A stretch of 63,919 nt of DNA, filler included, from Sluysia triapertura (Eukaryota): the NCBI GenBank assembly GCA_046118255.1. It is 5 parts of 5 records of this genome, joined end to end, with 100 filler letters (N's around TTAATTAATTAA, not from the genome) between each part and the next. Parts side by side here need not be neighbours in the genome. Positions count along the whole stretch, not along the records: positions 16,715 to 27,708 come from JBJNIA010190430.1; positions 27,809 to 39,849 come from JBJNIA010145277.1; 3 more parts are not named here. The stretch is one strand, 5' to 3'. This document shows, in pieces, positions 25,341 to 37,799 of the stretch (its first letter is position 1; each line of letters opens with the position of its first letter). The notes below the pieces were generated by a model that was given only the letters and a program-made list of their open reading frames with translations, had not been told where the DNA came from and did no database searches. A program made the position numbers and the translations under genes.

Positions 25341-26216
25341 TAATTTGTTTTAGTCTGGCTAAGGTCAGACTAAAACAATTATAAATAGTCATAGAATTTG
25401 CTAGACAGTACCACAATTTGGTAATTCAATTTTATAACCACAATTGTTTTAACAGTGTTTTGAGACAAAATTTGTTTTGAATTTGAACGTAACTTTAGCA
25501 AAACTTTTGAAACCATTTGCTGGATACTGTTTATCGAAGTTTAAAAAATAATTACGTTAGTTTGTTTATGTTAAGGTAGGATATAAGTAAATATATCCAC
25601 GCAAAATATACTAAAAATCATTTTTGATTAATTTTTCTTTAACAGATCTTATAATAGATCTGACGTAAAATCTCCATTAAAATATTATTGACTCAGGAAT
25701 TAATTTCATTTAATTCCTCGTAAACTACCATATATTTTATTATATTTAAATTCCTTTATTATTTTTTGTATTTAATAAAATTTTAAAAATCGTTCATTAT
25801 TCTTTAAAATTTCATAGTTTTAAATATAAAATCTATAGTAGAATAACGTTTTCAACAATTAGAATTTAAATCTAATCTCTAAAAATTATTTTTATAGATC
25901 ATTTTCATAGGATCATCGTAAAATATTTCATAAATTATTTCTCTTTATAGTTGAATAATAATAATTTCTTTAATTATTCAGAAAAACTTAATATTAAAGA
26001 TAACCTATACTGAAATCTGAAATTAACAATAAGCCAAGAATACCTGTACACTCTTTTATATATCTCCAGATTTAGATTAGATTTGAAAGACTAACACACA
26101 GACCTTGATCTTAGGGCATTTAGATACGTTCTTAGTGAAAATCCTTTCCATTATAGAAAATACCAACGGTCAGCCCTAACTAGTAAGCCTAATACGTTGG
26201 TGAATTTACGTTAAAA
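25341..26216 (+). repeat. Structured TATA-bearing non-coding repeat, copy A (LTR-like)
   Basis: Collinear conserved blocks with copy B (44971-45811, +) and copy C (35109-36080, -); see findings. Confidence 0.85.
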
Positions 26217-27627
26217 CCTTTTTTTTCTATTTTATCTTTTAAAATTCTCACAATATATTTAGAGTATGTGTTTTTTATTTAAGTTGGCGCTTGACTGTAT
26301 CGTCCTGGAAGTGCGATATTATGAAATATATCCGTACCGAACTGTTAATGTAAGTTTTAATAAAAAACTTATGATTCTATTCTACAACTCTTCATGCAAA
26401 CATTTTAAAACACACAATTTAATATGTTCACACTATAAACGTACTAGACTTCTCACTTTTCTTATATATCTACAGTACCGTTTAATACAGCTGATATCAA
26501 GATGCACTTAGACTAATAGCATCTTTTAAATTGCTTAATTATTTACACAATCTTAAATTTTGAAAAATCTCAAAAACTTAAATGTACCTTCAGTAAGTGC
26601 ATTAAGATATAATCTCAAAAAGTCCTACAATTAAATCAGCTAATTTGAATATGAAAAAATTGTTAGTCAAATGCTAGTCAAACCTCATCAATAATTTCAT
26701 TAACATTGTCACCTGTGATTTCTCTTTATTTTAATGTTTTAGATATATATTGGGACCATGATTTAGAGAAATGTAATATTTGTGTCTGTTTCATGTCTTT
26801 ATTAATTAATTCCAATAGCGATAACAGGTACACTTTAAATTCATTTGATCGTTATTTATTAACCACTACTGATGATATGACTATGATGAATTTGGTGAGT
26901 TTACTGAATTGAGACTGCTGTAAATGTTGTTTTTTGCTCTCCGTAATTACCATTATGCGGTCAATTCGAATTTGTTTTATTAAGATGAATTAGAAATTAC
27001 AGGTAGTATTGCTCGAATCAATAATTTTAGCAAAAAACAGCCTTGTTTGCATTCATAAAGTACAATTACGAAATATTTGTCTGTTTAAACAAATTAACCT
27101 CTGTTTATGACGAATTCGGCTATGGTTTCCTTATTGATTGCTGTAAGTATTCGATTGAAAAGAAAAATGAGAGTGAATTTGTTGATTTTAACAAGAAATT
27201 AATCATGGACTTTTTAATTTAATGCCAGTAATAAATTATTTAAAGTTTTGTATCACCACTATATCGAAGACACGTTTACAGTTATAACATCATTTCTAAC
27301 CATTCCTAATAATGATGTTTTACTCCTCAGTTTTGCAAACCACATAAACTACATGATTTCATGTTCACTAAAATTTACTCGCTTTAATTTTTATTTAAGT
27401 TCATTCAAAATTCTAAAATCAACTTCTCTATATTATACAACCACATCGACCATATTGTCTTATCAATTAATTTTCTCTATGTCTGGGAAACCTTTTCTGG
27501 CAATGTATTCTTTAATAAATTTACTTTCACAAGAAAATCATATAACTGGAATAAACTGAAAATAATAATTAAAATTATACAAAGAAAAATGCCGACAAAT
27601 CAAAATGTTATAATCACAATCAATATT

Positions 27628-27628
27628 A

Positions 27629-27694
<66 letters not shown>

Positions 27695-27808
27695 CTTTAT
27701 TATTATGTNNNNNNNNNNNNNNNNNNNNNNNNNNNNNNNNNNNNNNNNNNNNTTAATTAATTAANNNNNNNNNNNNNNNNNNNNNNNNNNNNNNNNNNNN
27801 NNNNNNNN

Positions 27809-27880
<72 letters not shown>
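27628..27880. repeat. (ATT)n microsatellite on both sides of the spacer at 27709-27808
   Basis: Directly visible. The spacer is the same N44-TTAATTAATTAA-N44 string. Confidence 0.95.
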
Positions 27881-29658
27881 CGTTGCAATCATTATAATCA
27901 TTATCTTTCCTCTGCAATAAATAGAAACGAAGAAAATACTTCATTGTTAGAATTTTTTTGCACTATTCAATATTGAAGCCAGAAAAACCTGGAATTTATC
28001 TAGATACAATTAATCGGGATACGTGGAATATATAATTAAAGGATGGATAAAACCACAAATTACTTACGTGACTATTATAATTGTATTATAATTAGTTTTG
28101 TCGATGTCGCTTCCCTTATCCGCTTCAGCATCACTATTAAGAACACTTTCATAATTTTCCTTTACATTACATTTTTATGTTTTGTGAATTATGTATATTT
28201 CCTTTTTTCTTTTCTTTCAAATTATTACTAATTGTGTCACTTTATACCAGCAACATGAACAATCTGCACAATGTGAAGCTAGTATCTCTCAAAAAACCAA
28301 ACCAACTGATGATAATGTTATTATTTAAGAAAGATCTTCCTCTCGAAATCTGAAATACCTTGCTGATATCGTCAATTATAAATTTACATTCGTCAATATC
28401 ATACAGCATCAGCATCGCCATTATAATAATTATTATTACAATGATGATTATGATTATTATCTTCAAATGTTACCAAATCACCAAACAGTAAAAAAATAAT
28501 CATACTCGTTGAAAGTTCACATTTACTTTGATTTTAAAGAAGAAAAATATAATGATGAAGGTTGGATAAGTCGAGGATGAAATATTTCAGTTTTAGTTTT
28601 ATTTTTGTATTATTATTATAATGTTTTTGGTTTAATAATATAAAAGAAAAATTTTAAAAATCATGACAAATATATGAATTGAAAATCGATTGCAATAATT
28701 TTAAGATGCTTGACCACATAAGATTTAGCAATGCAGGAGGAAAAGATTTTTTCATTAATTTAATCATATCCATGCAATTACAGAAAACCTAATAAATGTT
28801 ACCTTCTACGCTGTCATATTTACAGTATAATAACCAAAACACGAAAATTCTGTATTCAAATGATATTCGCACATTATATTTTGAATCATCATGTCTCATA
28901 AAACTTGAATTGTTACTAAACAAACTACGAGTTACATTTTCTTCTTAATTTGTGTAACATTATCTTATTAATAAAATAAATAATTAAAATTTTTAATGTT
29001 ATAATAAAGTAAAGTGCATTAATTGTACATTAATTTATCTCATCTGAATTCATTCATTTCATGAGTGCTTCTGGTTAACGTACTTCAATTAAATTGGATA
29101 CGTAGAAATATTTATAATAACGAATAAATTTTTATATGTAAAAACAAAAAAATATCGGAAATGCCACGAACTAAAATATATGGCCGAATATGTATAATTT
29201 GTATGACAATAAATATTATAAATTATCGATGAATCTAAATACAAATTCAGTATTTTGAGGTACAATTTCATTATTATTAATACTTGGTATATTTTAGTTA
29301 AGATGCAATTCGATTCGTTTTAAAGCTTTTCTTTTATTAAAAATTTTAATAAAATAAAAATTCGTATTCATTCTAATAACGCTAATTATCAAGAAATATT
29401 TCGAACCAAATACTTATATTTTAATGATATGAAAGACTAAGTAATCGAGTGGAAGAAGTTCGTGGAATTAAATGTTTTTATGTAGAAAAATGATGTTTGT
29501 AAATGTTTTCCTATTTGTGTTGGCAAATCTTGTTTTGATATAAATTCGATTTTAAAATTTTTCTTAAGCTGAATGTTAAAGATGACATACATAAATTATT
29601 TAACGATAATAAAGTTCACAGAAACACATAGAAAGCACTAATCTTTTCAGTTGTACTA

Positions 29659-32600
29659 TCAAGACAATTTGGTGTTATTTTTAATATGAAAAACAAAAAT
29701 AATAATTACTGTGGTAACCAAATCTCTGAGTATATTTAATTCTTCTTCGTTAAACGGTTTCTTTGCAAGGCAGAAAAATGTTAATTTTATCTTAGGTTGG
29801 AAAATTTTACCAGAAGTTTCTTGAAGTACACATTTTGTTCGTATAAATTTAGCTTGACAGAACTTTGAATTATACAACATTAGCCATCCCCTTGAATCTG
29901 TCCAAAATGGATATGTACAAAAAAAGCGACATTTGGACTTTTCTATTTGTAAACAATCCAAAATTCTTTCGGATGTTTTATTTAAAATTGATTCAACAAA
30001 AGGTGGATTTATTGTCCAACCACAATTTAATGTATTACGCCGATTTGGCAGCACTTCGAAAAAATTGCCTAGACTTCCAAATAAGCGATCTATTTCCGGA
30101 AATATACTACAGAAACCATGAATTTGTCTAACATTTTTTTCTGAACAAACTTAATAAATTAAATAAAATACAATTCGAAATAAATTAATATAATAATCCA
30201 TAAAAAGAAAATTATTGAGGAAGTCAGATTAACTATCAATATCTGACAAACAACAATATTCATAGATATAAATTATGTTTGTGACTATATTTTGTACTCT
30301 GTGATGCTGAATTCGTTTGAAAGTACGAGAATGTCGGAATATTACGTAATTTAGTATGAAACCATGCTTTAAAATAAGTCAAGCAGTCAAGGACACGTTT
30401 TCTAGTTGCTTCAATGAAAGTCATTAAATTAGGAAAATTATTTAAATTTAAAACTAACCAATCTAATGAATAAATTAAAGATAAATAATACAATAATTTA
30501 AACTAAATCTAAATAATTTGAAATAAAATAAATTCTTCAAGAACTCTAATAATCTCAAGAAAACCTTTAAAATCTGAAAATGGGAAATAAACATCTTAAA
30601 AATGCATTTAAAAACAGTTAAAGTAAAATAATGATTTTATTCTTAATTCCTTCTCTAACACCAAAGACGAGTTAAAATCACGACTTTACATCAGGTGGAA
30701 ACTTTCTTAAGATAAAAATTTGTAAAATAAACAATTAAATGAAATTCGTTCGCTTGTGCTTTCCCATACCGATAAACACAATATTATTAATACGTTTCAT
30801 TTACAAACTCAGTCATAAATATTTGTTATTATAGTTGATTAACTTGGTTAATTATTGAAAACTCTGGAATTACCTATTTTATTTATCTGAACAATTATTG
30901 TGTGACCAGAACAGAAATTATACTCAGTAAAGTAGAATGAATTTGAAAACTACATTAAGTCCCCTTGACTATATATGTATTTCTTTACTTTGTTTGCAGA
31001 ATATAGAAAGAAGTTAAGAACTAAACCCACGTTATACATTGATTTGATTGATAGGAATTATAAATAAAAATTATACGTAGTGATTTAAAGTTAAACCATT
31101 GGTAAAGTAATCTTAATAAATTAATACGAATAATCTTAATTCAATCTATTTCATTTTTTAGCTAATTTCACGACATACCAAATTTTCTCCAAAATTATAT
31201 ATGTATTATTACTGTAATTATATGATCAATTTCATCTATATAATTCCACTTTGTATTTTAGCTTTGGTCATATAATTCATGTTCATCCGTTTTGTTAATG
31301 TATTCATTATGCATGCTGCTTTTCATTTATATTTTAAGAGAATTACATATCCATAGCTTTTTCTTTCGCCTAATTAAGTATGATAGATTCTATTTTTCAT
31401 TATTATTTTATTTTCATTTTCTTACACTTTCTTCTAAGTTTAAGTGATTTTTGAAGTATTTTCTTCCCATTTAAGATCTTTATTAATTTTCCATTTGAAA
31501 TTACAGAGACTTAGAGTTCTTGACACCATTTATTTGAATTTTACAGTAATTATTATTATAGGATAATAATAAGTGCATAATTAACAAGTAATATTACAAT
31601 AAGACTAATAAAAAACATTGAAAAATGAGTAATAATAATAATAACAACAGTTGCATTAAGGTATTTACTTATTCATAACTATTGTTTTTATGAAACAAAA
31701 TGTTAATATAAATTAATAAATATAAGCCTACCGAATAATTATAATTTATTAAGCTCTGTAACATATAATTCATCTAATTAAATATTAATTATACTTATTT
31801 TATTTCATAATAAAAATAAAATACACTATATTCTGTGAACTTAATAGGAATTATTAATTTAAATTCTTAAATACATTTAAACTAATTAAAATATATGCTT
31901 GCAATTCTTCGACCAAAATTACCATTCAACATTCATCAAAATAATTCGTTATAACTCTTACAAGTCACTAAATGGTTTGCTAATAAAGCGTTGCTAAAAT
32001 GGTTTGATCAAATTCAGTTAGAAATTGAAATGTCAGAATAGATGTGCTCAAATAGGTTCCGGCAGCATTTTAAAAGCACGAAAATAGTATTTAAAGTTAC
32101 TAGATATATTACTGAAGATATTTTTAATGTGGATGAAACAAGAATATTTTATAATCTTTTAACAAATCAAATATCCTTTAAGAGAAAAATTTTCATGAAG
32201 AAAGAAGATGAAAGATCGAAAGCAGTAGTTACCTTACGAAACTTGCCATAATTTAAAGCTTATATATTCTTAATGTTTGCTGACATTTTTCCTATAAATT
32301 ATGAATTTAGACATTACTACTATCACACTTGTCATTTTCAGTCCAATAATCCAAGACAACATGAACTTCTTCAAACAGCATTATTGTTATGCGCTATATT
32401 ATGCAAGTGATGGAACTAAAATCATAAGCTTTTGACTAAACTAATTATTGAATTTATATATTCAGTTCGAATGCTGTTAATGCAAGGCACAATCATTAAT
32501 TTTTCCGAAAATCTCGTTTTACGCCGCTGCTGAAATAAAATAAATCAATACGGTTAATAATTAAGAGCAATTAAGACCTTTATAAGCAATTCAGAGAACG

Positions 32601-34097
32601 GCTTTTCGGAAAATAATAAATGACATACAAATGTGCTTGAAGACTGTATTCTGAAGTTAGAAATTCTTTTGAAGTTAAAAATCATTTTATAAAATTAATT
32701 AAAGTAAAAAGAACTTTTTATTTCTATTTCCTATCATTTTCCACAAATTCTTAATCGTTTCAAACTTATTTCATTAAAGCAATCAGATATTTTTAAAATA
32801 AAAATTAACAAAGATAAACGTTATTCTTCTGCAAATTTACTTAATTTTCCAATTTTAAAAATCTTAATTACTGTGATGTAATTTTAGAAACAAGCTGTGA
32901 TTTGTTATTTAATTTATACTAATAATTAATATACAGTAATATTACTGTCATTGTACTGTTTTATCAGTAATAGTTAATCGCGAAAAGGGAAATATTTTTT
33001 ATTTTAAAATTAAATATCTTATTCTTTTACATAATATAAATTCTGTAATAAAAATTTAAATGTACTCTTAAATATATAAATATAATTTTGAATTAATGTT
33101 TCCTTATTCAATTTATATACTACAAATTAATAGAGTAATGTTTCTACTTTTAATTGCTTAAACCACTTAATTGCTTTAACTGATATATATATTTTGTATT
33201 TTAAAATTAAATCTTATTTAAATAAACTAAATTAAATATTCGATATTAGAAATTTTAAATATAGTGAATAATTTTGAATTCTAATTCATAAACCATTTAT
33301 TTAAAATTTATATTATAAATAATAAATTATAAACTCACTTTTCTTTTTACCATCAATAAGTTGACCATTATTTTTCATATTAATATCTAAATACAAAGAT
33401 TATTTTGTAACTTAAATTTTTTATGTTTAATATTAACAAAACCTAATGAATTCAGTTATTTAAAAATATTAGAATTAGTTGGATGATCATAAAACTAACT
33501 TAATAAACGTGAATTAATAGGCGATGCAAATCCTTCATGGACAACATTGAATCGTTGATATAATATTTCATGGAATTCAATTGGATCACCCCACTGGTAA
33601 CTTCCATTTCCAAAAGCTTCATATGTAAGTAACACTTTAACAATGTTGTTCAACATGTCTTTTTTTGGACACAAACGAAGTAAAAGTTCTTGATTTAAAA
33701 AGTCTGTTCCATGAAAATCACCTATCGTTATTTTACCATTTATCACTTCTGGCGAAGGAGGAATAATGTTTTCAAATGTTTTGTTATTAGACAAAATTAG
33801 TTCCAGCATATTCTTTTTTGCTTCAATAGCTGCATCTTCTGTCCAAAAGATATTCTTCTTTAAAAGACCATTTATCAAAACTTGAAATAATCCATCGTGA
33901 AATTTAGCATCAGGCAGCAAAGGAAAATTAGAACATTTAAATATACCTTTCATTTGATGTACTTCAAGTAACCAATGCTGAAAAGCATTCGTACATTCCC
34001 GTTTTTCAAGTTCTGATGTTACATTTTCAAATAAAAATGGATATAATTGTTGATCGAAAAACTTCCATTGTCGATATGCTACATTTAAATCATTCAT
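29659..34097 (-). CDS. PCIF1: PCIF1/CAPAM-like cap-specific adenosine N6-methyltransferase, compact form, ~375 aa; exons 34097-33500, 33386-33339, 30140-29659
   Basis: Motifs AFQHWLLE...PLLP, LLTY..GNGSYQW, EGFASPINS, FCSIFPEIDRLFGSLGNFF and INPPFVE parallel PCIF1 (FNRWMLE..DPLLP, ECFASPLN, YCSAFPDTDGYFGS, NPPF). Two phase-1 GT-AG introns join 598+48+482 = 1128 nt in frame. The 5' and 3' ends are less certain, and a possible extra donor lies at 29709. Confidence 0.85.
31960..32640 (+). mobile_element. Tigger/pogo DDE transposase relic
   Basis: YITEDIFNVDETRIFYNLL...ERSKAVVTL matches YxPxDIFNxDETGLFY...SKxRxT. The rest is broken. Confidence 0.8.
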
Positions 34098-35108
34098 AAT
34101 AAATTTAAATATCAGAGTTAAAAAAATGTTAAGAGCATAATATAGATATAATATTAAAACAATTTGAAAAACTTTAATCTAAGCAAATTAAATCTGAATA
34201 ATAAAAATAATTTTTAACTGTACCTACATATAAAAATAATTTCAATTAAAGATGTGTTGTGATGATCCAACACTAAATCCTAATGATATTTTTCGAAGTA
34301 AATATCATCAAATCATTTATATCTTGACTTAAATATTAAACATAACTTCCATATTTTCTAGAATTTTACACTGGTTATATTAATTTTCAATCTTTATACT
34401 AATGTTCGATTAAGTCTAAGCTTTTAAAAATAAAACCAATTTTAAAAAATTGGTAAAACGTTGAATGTAACACAAAAATGACAACTCCAGAGAAATAAGA
34501 GTTTTATTAATTATCGTCATTAATATGTAATTAGTTTTTAGTATTATTTTACATTTTTGTATATTTTTTTATTCACTTAGATGTGCTCGGTTTTCTTTTT
34601 ATGTTTTCCATAAGCAAAATAATTTAAATTCTTATTTTATAATCTACGACTTACACTCAATGAGAGCGTAGTTGTAAATAAGACAATTATCAAAGTACAG
34701 AATTTATTTAAATTCTTATTTTAAACTTATTAACAGGACAATAAAGATCAAAATACTTTCATTAAATATGTATATGTAACAACTTTTAACTTCAAAAGTA
34801 AATGGTACAGATGTATAATCAATCTGGCAACGAATATAATATGATATCAAAATATCAAAATATTAGAGATGATTACTCTAATATTAAATAAACGAATTTT
34901 AAAACACATTTGGTAATTTAATATAATTTTTCCTATATTTTAAGTTTCACTTATGTGAAAAAACTTACGTTCATGGAAGTCTGTGTAACGAAATTAAAGT
35001 TATAAAATGTAATTGACAATTGAAATGATCAGAGAACCAGCAACGCAGCTTTTATCTTCCAAAAATAGCATCATTAAAGTAATATTCCTACAAAATAAAA
35101 ATAGATAA

Positions 35109-36080
35109 GTGAATTCACCAACGTATTTAGACTTACAAATTATGACTAACCGTTGGATTTTAAAGAAATAACGCTAAAAACTTCTGCAGGTTAATATATG
35201 ATCAACAATGTCTAGTGGTACTTAATTGAGCTGTGTTTTGTCTATTCTGCTATTAAAATATTTGTCATATTATGTCTATTACAGTAGAGGGTTTAAGTAA
35301 AATTCTTGTATATTTTATCAGTTAATTTTACAGGAGATCCTTCTTAAATAGAATCTATCAAAATTTAATACTTTACAGTATCTGATGTGAAATTTGGGAT
35401 TAGTAATTAATTTAGTAATTAGTAATTAATTTGAATAATTTTGAAATTATAGAATTTACAAAAGATCCTTCTTAAATTAGACCGTTATGCAAATTTTAAT
35501 TTGTCTAATGGTAACTTTATATATGGAAATTTACGAATGATCCTATTAAACACGATCAATAAATTCAATAAGTTACGCGCTCCGATATTGAAAAATCGGC
35601 TCTTTTGAAAACAATTAGAATAAAAATTATTTTAATTTAAGGCAACGAATCTAGTAAAAACAAAAAAATCATTTTATATATGTATTAAATAGAATATAAT
35701 TTTATATTACAATCAGATCAAATTAACTTTCACAAATTATAGTTAAGGTTAAGCTTTCTTGTTATTTTTAAGTGGTTACTGGCCTAACAGTATTGGTCTT
35801 AAAAAGATATATATTAATCAAAGATTTTATATCGAACATTTTTTAAAATGGTTCTAAAATAGTTCAGGGTTGGTTTAAGTTAATTTTACACTGTACATAA
35901 AATATACTTAACTTAAGCAAAAACAAACTAACAATTGAATTTTCACAAAATGTCAAAGAAAAAATTGTCTTCTAAAGAACTGTCTTAAAATATTCGAAAT
36001 CTCGTTCCAATAAAAAAACTAATGCTGGTGAATCTTAATAAGATTTAAAAATAATTTCTGTATGAGTTTTTTTAATGAAT
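35109..36080 (-). repeat. Structured non-coding repeat, copy C (more diverged)
   Basis: The reverse complement contains GTTAGTTTGTTT, GATCGTGTTTAATAGGATCATTCGTAAA and CCAACGGTTAG...GTAAGTCTAAATACGTTGGTGAATTCAC in the same order as copies A and B. Confidence 0.75.
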
Positions 36081-36619
36081 GAATGAATAATTAAAACAAA
36101 ATTAATTAAAGCACTAATAACAAAAATAAAATAGATTAAAATAATAATTAAAACCATTTACATTTAAAATAATTATTCCAAAGCAATAAATTATTTTCCC
36201 AATAATAAAACAATTTCATCAAAATAAAATAAATTAATTAAAGCAATAATAAAATGTTTACAGTAAATTAATCAATAAATCTATTTACAATATTTATCAA
36301 ATTCTGGTCATAAATTAATCCAGAAAATTTATTAAACAATCCAAACTGTTGAAATAATAAAATTTTTACGATAAAACCGTCCAAATAAAATTATTATGAT
36401 AGAGTTAGTAAAAATAATTTTTTCGCTAAGCGACAGTAAAAAATGTTTAACGTTTGAAATTTATTTAATTATTTTTTTTATTTTGACTAATTGGAAGCAT
36501 TTAATATTTGAAATTATTTACATTAATTTTTTATTGTAACAGTTTTTATTTACAAAATTTTTTAACAAAATTACAAATGCATTGCTTTGAACTTTTTTAC
36601 AAATGCTCTTAGAAATACT

Positions 36620-37560
36620 GCCCGTTAGGAAAGATTCGTCCTCCAATAAGAAAAGCGAGTTAAACTCCAATCTAAGTCAACCGGATTGTAGACTGAGCTT
36701 CATGGTTTGATTACTGGTGTATTAGTTGCAGATTCATTGTTATAAGAGGATGCTGAAGCACCACGGATATTGTTTGTTTCAATCCTAGAATGCGACGAAG
36801 TATCATATGATGTTAGGTTCCACTGTTTGTCGTATTATCACGATCACCATTACTGAAATATTGCCGAATATTGCAAGCCAATCAAGTGTTAGCATATGTA
36901 ATATCAGAAAAGGAAGTAGTAAGAAGCAATTAGGCAAAAGGTTGTGTCCTTATCTCTGATTAAATCAAGGAGAGCGACCATTTCTGTATCAAATAGAGCG
37001 AAAGTCATTTTAGGTGCTACGGGATAGATTTGGAGAGTCCTGATAGATAATCTACCGAAATGAAATAAATGATTTTGTAGTTAGACATATTAATAATACC
37101 GTGCAACCACCAAAAGACAAACCGGAGTGATTTATCATGTAAATGAACAAGGAAATTCTGACGATGTCATCAATGTCGCTAGGTTTTACCAAATTGCTAG
37201 ATATGCGAAGATCTCTAAGGAAATTATAGATGCGCATGCGTAGATGAATCTTAACCTCCGTGTGATATTGCTTGATATACGGAGTACTTACTATAGGTAT
37301 AATTTGAGGATTCTCCTTAAAGACTAAACTGTCCTCATAATAAAAATACCTGTGGATCACATTTGTCGAGAAGCATGACAAGAAGGAAGAAGCCGTCGGT
37401 GTAATAAAATCGTATAATAAGGCCACTTGGTGAAAATGAAAAGATATGGGTCGCCATATTAATATCCAATTCACTCGTCAATTTATTATCAGTCGAAAAG
37501 AAGGCTGAAAAAGAAAGCTGGAGTAGGCTCCTCAGTACAAAAGCGGTCTATAGAAATATA
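36620..37560. pseudogene. GC-richer decayed coding-like segment of unknown origin (includes the minus-strand 140-aa ORF 37052-37474)
   Basis: Base composition is visibly more balanced than the flanks and open frames are longer. No motif recognised. Confidence 0.3.
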
Positions 37561-37799
37561 AAAGGTTCTTAATTGATCAACTGATCAATGACGTGATATC
37601 AGACTAAATAGAAATAGAAAGATAAAATATGTACAGGAAAATTTAATTCAGTCATAAATTTTTATTGTTATTATAATTTGTATAATTATTAATTAACTAG
37701 GCATAATTTTAAGAAATTTTTTAAGAAATTGATTAATGTTTCGTTTAGAAGTATTCTACTCATTCTTATAAAAGAGCTTTAATTGTCTCCTTCTACGAT

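Noticed and set aside
26260-26700. Possible continuation of the L2/CR1 ORF2 after repeat copy A
   Set aside because: The resemblance to the LINE C-terminus is too degraded to support without an alignment.
27940-28200. Possible piggyBac transposase N-terminal relic on the minus strand
   Set aside because: Only a vague acidic stretch and a PGFSG-like motif; too weak to call.
29865-30131. Plus-strand ORFs 29865-30131 and 29933-30121
   Set aside because: They are antisense shadows of the PCIF1-like exon 3.
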